DNA of 64,000 nucleotides, from positions 2,688,001 to 2,752,000 of the forward strand of contig CAWDML010000001.1 in NCBI GenBank assembly GCA_963803435.1, in the 5' to 3' direction. The notes below the pieces were generated by a model. It was not told where the DNA came from. It saw only the letters and a list, made by a program, of their open reading frames with translations, and did not search any database. Below are positions 60,809 through 64,000 of the stretch, piece after piece. The stretch is from an uncultured delta proteobacterium (GTDB lineage: Bacteria; Myxococcota; Kuafuiibacteriia; Kuafuiibacteriales; Kuafuiibacteriaceae). The position numbers were made by a program, and so were the translations under genes. Positions within the stretch are counted from its first letter, which is position 1; each line of letters opens with the position of its first letter.

Positions 60809-62962
60809 ATGCCCGCCTTCCTCAACGCGCTGATCGCCCCCAAAAGCCCCGAGCCCAGCTACCCGGTCTTGCCGGCGGCCGACGCGCGGGGCGAGAGCAG
60901 CGTGCGGGGCGTCTATCTGGTCGGAGAGGTCGCGGGCACGCCGCTGATCAAGCTCGGCCTCAACGCGGGGCACGATCTCGTGGATCAGCTCGCGCCCGAG
61001 GTCGAGGCCGAGCGCGGCCAGGAGAGCGACGCGTACGACCTCGTGATCGTCGGCGCTGGTGCCGCGGGGCTGGCGGCAGCAGCGCGGGCCCGGGCGCTCG
61101 GTCTGCGCGCGGTGGTGATCGACGCGAATCACGCCGTCGAGACCGTGTACACGATGACCAAGGGCAAGATCCTGTTCGCCGAGCCTGACTCGGTCCCGAA
61201 CAAGAGCGAGATGTGGTTCGAGGAGTGCAGCAAAGAGGCGCTGCTCGAGCGGTGGCGCGCGCAGATCCAGGAGCTGGGGCTCGACGTCCGCGAGTTCGAG
61301 AAGGTGACCGACGTGCGCCGGAAGGATCGCCTCCTGGAGGTCGTCAGCGAGAAGGCGACCTACGCGGCGCGGCGCGTGATCCTGGCGGTCGGCAAGGCCG
61401 GCAATCCGCGCAAGGCGGGCGTGAAGGGCGAGGTCGAGCACGCCTCGCGCATCGCGCATCGGCTCCTCGATCCGGACGACTTCGGGGGCAAGGACCTCGT
61501 CGTCTACGGCGGCGGCGACGTCGCCCTGGAGGCGGCGCTGGCCCTCGCCGACACGAACCGGGTCACGCTGATCACGATCGACGAGGCACTCACCTATCCG
61601 AAGAAGCGAAACGTCGACGCACTCCGCGCCAAGGAGACCGAGGGTAAGGTGACGGTTCACCTGGCGGCGAAGCTGATCGAGATCGGCGCCTCTGCCGTGA
61701 CGTTCTCGGCGGGCGGCACCACGCATACCATCGACAACGACTTCGTGTTCGAGATGATCGGCGCGGAGCTCCCGACGCCGTTCTTCCGCAAGATCGGGAT
61801 CCAGCTGGAGAACCAGTGGAACGCGAAGCGCTGGCTCGCGCTCGGCGTGGTGTTCCTGTTCGTCTACTCGCTGTACGCGCTGAAGAGCTACGGCAAGGGG
61901 GCCGTGGCCTGGCCGTTCCAGGAGCTGATCCCGGCCGACCGTTACGACGCAGTGCTCAGCTCGATCTTCCGGGTCGCCTTCCTCCCGTTCGGCTGGATGT
62001 TCGAGCCGCGGGCCTATGCGGACCTCCTGGGCGACCGCGGCTATCAGCAGGGCTACCTGTACAGCCTGCTCTACACGCTGGTGATGCTGGTGTTCGGCTT
62101 CGAGGCCCTGGTGCGCTGGCGGGGCATCGCCAAGAACAAGCGCTATCAGACCTGGCGCTACCTCTCGCTGATCTCCTTCCAGCTGATCTTCTTCCTGGTG
62201 GTCAACGTGATCGCCGTGCAGGCGCTCTCGGTCCAGTACGCGTGGCGCGCCTGGGGGCTCTACCAGCCGTTCCCGCTCTTCTTCAACACGTTCTTCTGGT
62301 GGTACGACGGCGACCCGCGCTGGATCGTGTGGCTCTTCGTCGGCGCCGGGATCGCGGGATCTCTGATCGCGATCCCGGTCGCGTCCTACAAGCACGGCAA
62401 GCGCTTCTGCACCTGGATCTGCGGCTGCGGCGGGCTCGCCGAGACGCTCGGTGATCGCTGGCGGCACCTGGCCCCGAAGGGCCCGCGCTCTCGCGCCTGG
62501 GAGTTCCAGGGCGTGCTGATCTTCCTGGCCAGCGTGATCGTGGGCGTCGTGGTGGTCGGCATGTACCGGACCGACGGCAACAACGCGTGGTGGCGCGCCT
62601 ACAGCTACCTCGTCGACTTCTGGCTGGTGGCGGTGGTCCCGATCGCGCTCTATCCGTTCTTCGGCGGCAAGGTGTGGTGCCGCTACTGGTGCCCGCTGGC
62701 CGCCTACAACGGCCTGCTCGCGAAGTGGTACGGCAAGCTCGAGATCGTCTCCAACGACAAGTGCATCTCGTGTACGCAGTGCTCCAAGTACTGCCAGGTC
62801 GGCGTCGACGTGATGGCGTTCGCCAAGAACCAGCAGGCCTTCGACAACCGCAACTCGGCCTGCATTCAATGTGGGATCTGCATCGACGTTTGCCCCATGG
62901 ACGTGCTCTCGTTCTCCACGGAGCCCCGGTCCCATCCCGCCTTACCGATCGTGGGCGTTTGA
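60809..62962 (+). CDS. Flavin NAD(P)-oxidoreductase fused to a membrane polyferredoxin domain
   Basis: VGAGAAG, GGGDVALE, TM helices, CTWICGCG, CRYWCP, two CxxCxxCxxxC motifs. Confidence 0.88.
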   Translation: MPAFLNALIAPKSPEPSYPVLPAADARGESSVRGVYLVGEVAGTPLIKLGLNAGHDLVDQLAPEVEAERGQESDAYDLVIVGAGAAGLAAAARARALGLRAVVIDANHAVETVYTMTKGKILFAEPDSVPNKSEMWFEECSKEALLERWRAQIQELGLDVREFEKVTDVRRKDRLLEVVSEKATYAARRVILAVGKAGNPRKAGVKGEVEHASRIAHRLLDPDDFGGKDLVVYGGGDVALEAALALADTNRVTLITIDEALTYPKKRNVDALRAKETEGKVTVHLAAKLIEIGASAVTFSAGGTTHTIDNDFVFEMIGAELPTPFFRKIGIQLENQWNAKRWLALGVVFLFVYSLYALKSYGKGAVAWPFQELIPADRYDAVLSSIFRVAFLPFGWMFEPRAYADLLGDRGYQQGYLYSLLYTLVMLVFGFEALVRWRGIAKNKRYQTWRYLSLISFQLIFFLVVNVIAVQALSVQYAWRAWGLYQPFPLFFNTFFWWYDGDPRWIVWLFVGAGIAGSLIAIPVASYKHGKRFCTWICGCGGLAETLGDRWRHLAPKGPRSRAWEFQGVLIFLASVIVGVVVVGMYRTDGNNAWWRAYSYLVDFWLVAVVPIALYPFFGGKVWCRYWCPLAAYNGLLAKWYGKLEIVSNDKCISCTQCSKYCQVGVDVMAFAKNQQAFDNRNSACIQCGICIDVCPMDVLSFSTEPRSHPALPIVGV

Positions 62963-62999
62963 CTCTCTCGGTTCGAGCAGGTACGCGGCGAGGTCCAGC

Positions 63000-63221
63000 A
63001 TGACGACTGAAGAGGTCAAGAAGCTCATCGAGGCGGGCATCCCGGGCGCGCAGGCGACCGTCACCGACCTCACCGGCACCGGTGATCACTTCAAGGCCGA
63101 GGTCACCGCGCCCGGGTTCGCGGGACGCTCGCTGATCGAGCAGCACCAGATGGTCTACCGGGCGCTCGGAACGCTGGTGGGCGGACCGATCCACGCGCTC
63201 CAGCTCAGCACCTCGGCCTGA
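63000..63221 (+). CDS. bolA: BolA/IbaG family protein
   Basis: GDHF, FAGRSLIEQHQMVY, IHALQL. Confidence 0.92.
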   Translation: MTTEEVKKLIEAGIPGAQATVTDLTGTGDHFKAEVTAPGFAGRSLIEQHQMVYRALGTLVGGPIHALQLSTSA

Positions 63222-63228
63222 GGCGGCC

Positions 63229-64000
63229 TCACTCCGAGGCGACGAGCCGCCCGTCGACGAGGTGCCACGGGGAGCGCTCCGCCACATAGCGCGCGATGGC
63301 CGTGGCGCTCCGCTCGTCGGTCGAGAGATCCCAGACCACCGCGTAGCCGTGATAGCCGGTGGTGAGCAGCGACCTGCCGTCGTCGGAGAACTCGCACGTG
63401 TAGCTGGGCCCGTTGATGATCCGGAGCAGATCACCGGTGGCCGCGTCCCAGATCTTGGCCGTGTGATCGAGCGCGCAGGTCGCCACCAGCCGCCCGTCCG
63501 GGCTGAAGGAGGCGCGCGCCATGTTGTCGAGGTGCGCCACGATCGTCAGCAGGTTCTCGCCGCTGTGGGCATCCCAGATCTTGGCCGTGTGATCCTGCCG
63601 TCCCGCGGTGATGATCCGCGCGCCGTCCTTGGAGAACTCGACGTCCTGGATCCAGGTGCTGTGCGCTGCGATCGTCTTCGTGATCGAACCGCTCGCCCGA
63701 TCGATCAGGTACAGCTTGCCGTTCTCGTCGGCGGCCGCGATCACCTTCGCGTCCTGTGAGATGCCGACCGAGGCCAGGCGGAGCTGTGGGACCACGTCGA
63801 CCGCGCGTGAGAGCGTGACGCCGTCGTAGATCCGAACCTTGCCGTCGTAGCTCGAGGTGGCGATGACGCCGTCCGCCGCCGCCAGGTTGTAGACCATGCG
63901 GGTGTGCTCCGCGAGCGGGCCGATCTCCTCCCCGCGGACCAGGTCGAACAGGCGCGGCGGCAGCGACTCCGGCATGCTCCCCGCCACCACCACCCGGCCT
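63229..64000 (-). CDS. WD40-repeat protein, C-terminal part (start outside window)
   Basis: Repeats H...FS.DG..I.T...D.TAKIWD. Confidence 0.9.
   Translation of the reverse strand, partial: GRVVVAGSMPESLPPRLFDLVRGEEIGPLAEHTRMVYNLAAADGVIATSSYDGKVRIYDGVTLSRAVDVVPQLRLASVGISQDAKVIAAADENGKLYLIDRASGSITKTIAAHSTWIQDVEFSKDGARIITAGRQDHTAKIWDAHSGENLLTIVAHLDNMARASFSPDGRLVATCALDHTAKIWDAATGDLLRIINGPSYTCEFSDDGRSLLTTGYHGYAVVWDLSTDERSATAIARYVAERSPWHLVDGRLVASE

Overview
High-GC bacterial window with a gene content typical of Myxococcota/Deltaproteobacteria (many Ser/Thr kinases, FHA and PEGA proteins, sigma-54 activators, beta-helix lipoproteins); the taxonomy is inferred from content only. About 50 genes are supportable. 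Housekeeping or ordinary loci include 2-oxoacid:ferredoxin oxidoreductase alpha/beta, LptC, Elp3, SMUG1, SrkA, ApaG, GlpK and BolA. At least 8 genes carry single-base frameshifts, which may be read errors. No rRNA, tRNA or CRISPR array was seen. The strongest unexplained signals are: (1) two cassettes (34624-35682 and 42992-44326), each bounded by about 70-bp inverted repeats, each carrying a four-helix-bundle (IVP/TIGR02436-like) gene plus a DDE transposase remnant, and each inserted at the TTAG stop codon of a neighbouring gene, which it regenerates; (2) between them a 7.3-kb module of two divergent histidine kinase genes plus FAAL, ACP and a FadJ-like crotonase, which resembles a fatty-acid signal production and sensing system and lies near a one-module NRPS and a P450; (3) a dispersed short repeat (core GCAAGCGRAGCGCGCAGCGAG) with units of 66, 72 and 78 nt, found in-frame in two signalling proteins in opposite orientations and once right after a stop codon; (4) a locus with a sigma-28-like promoter, a small amphipathic protein, a 968-aa protein with duplicated hydrophobic hairpins and two DUF1795/DcrB-like proteins, a candidate effector-chaperone module.
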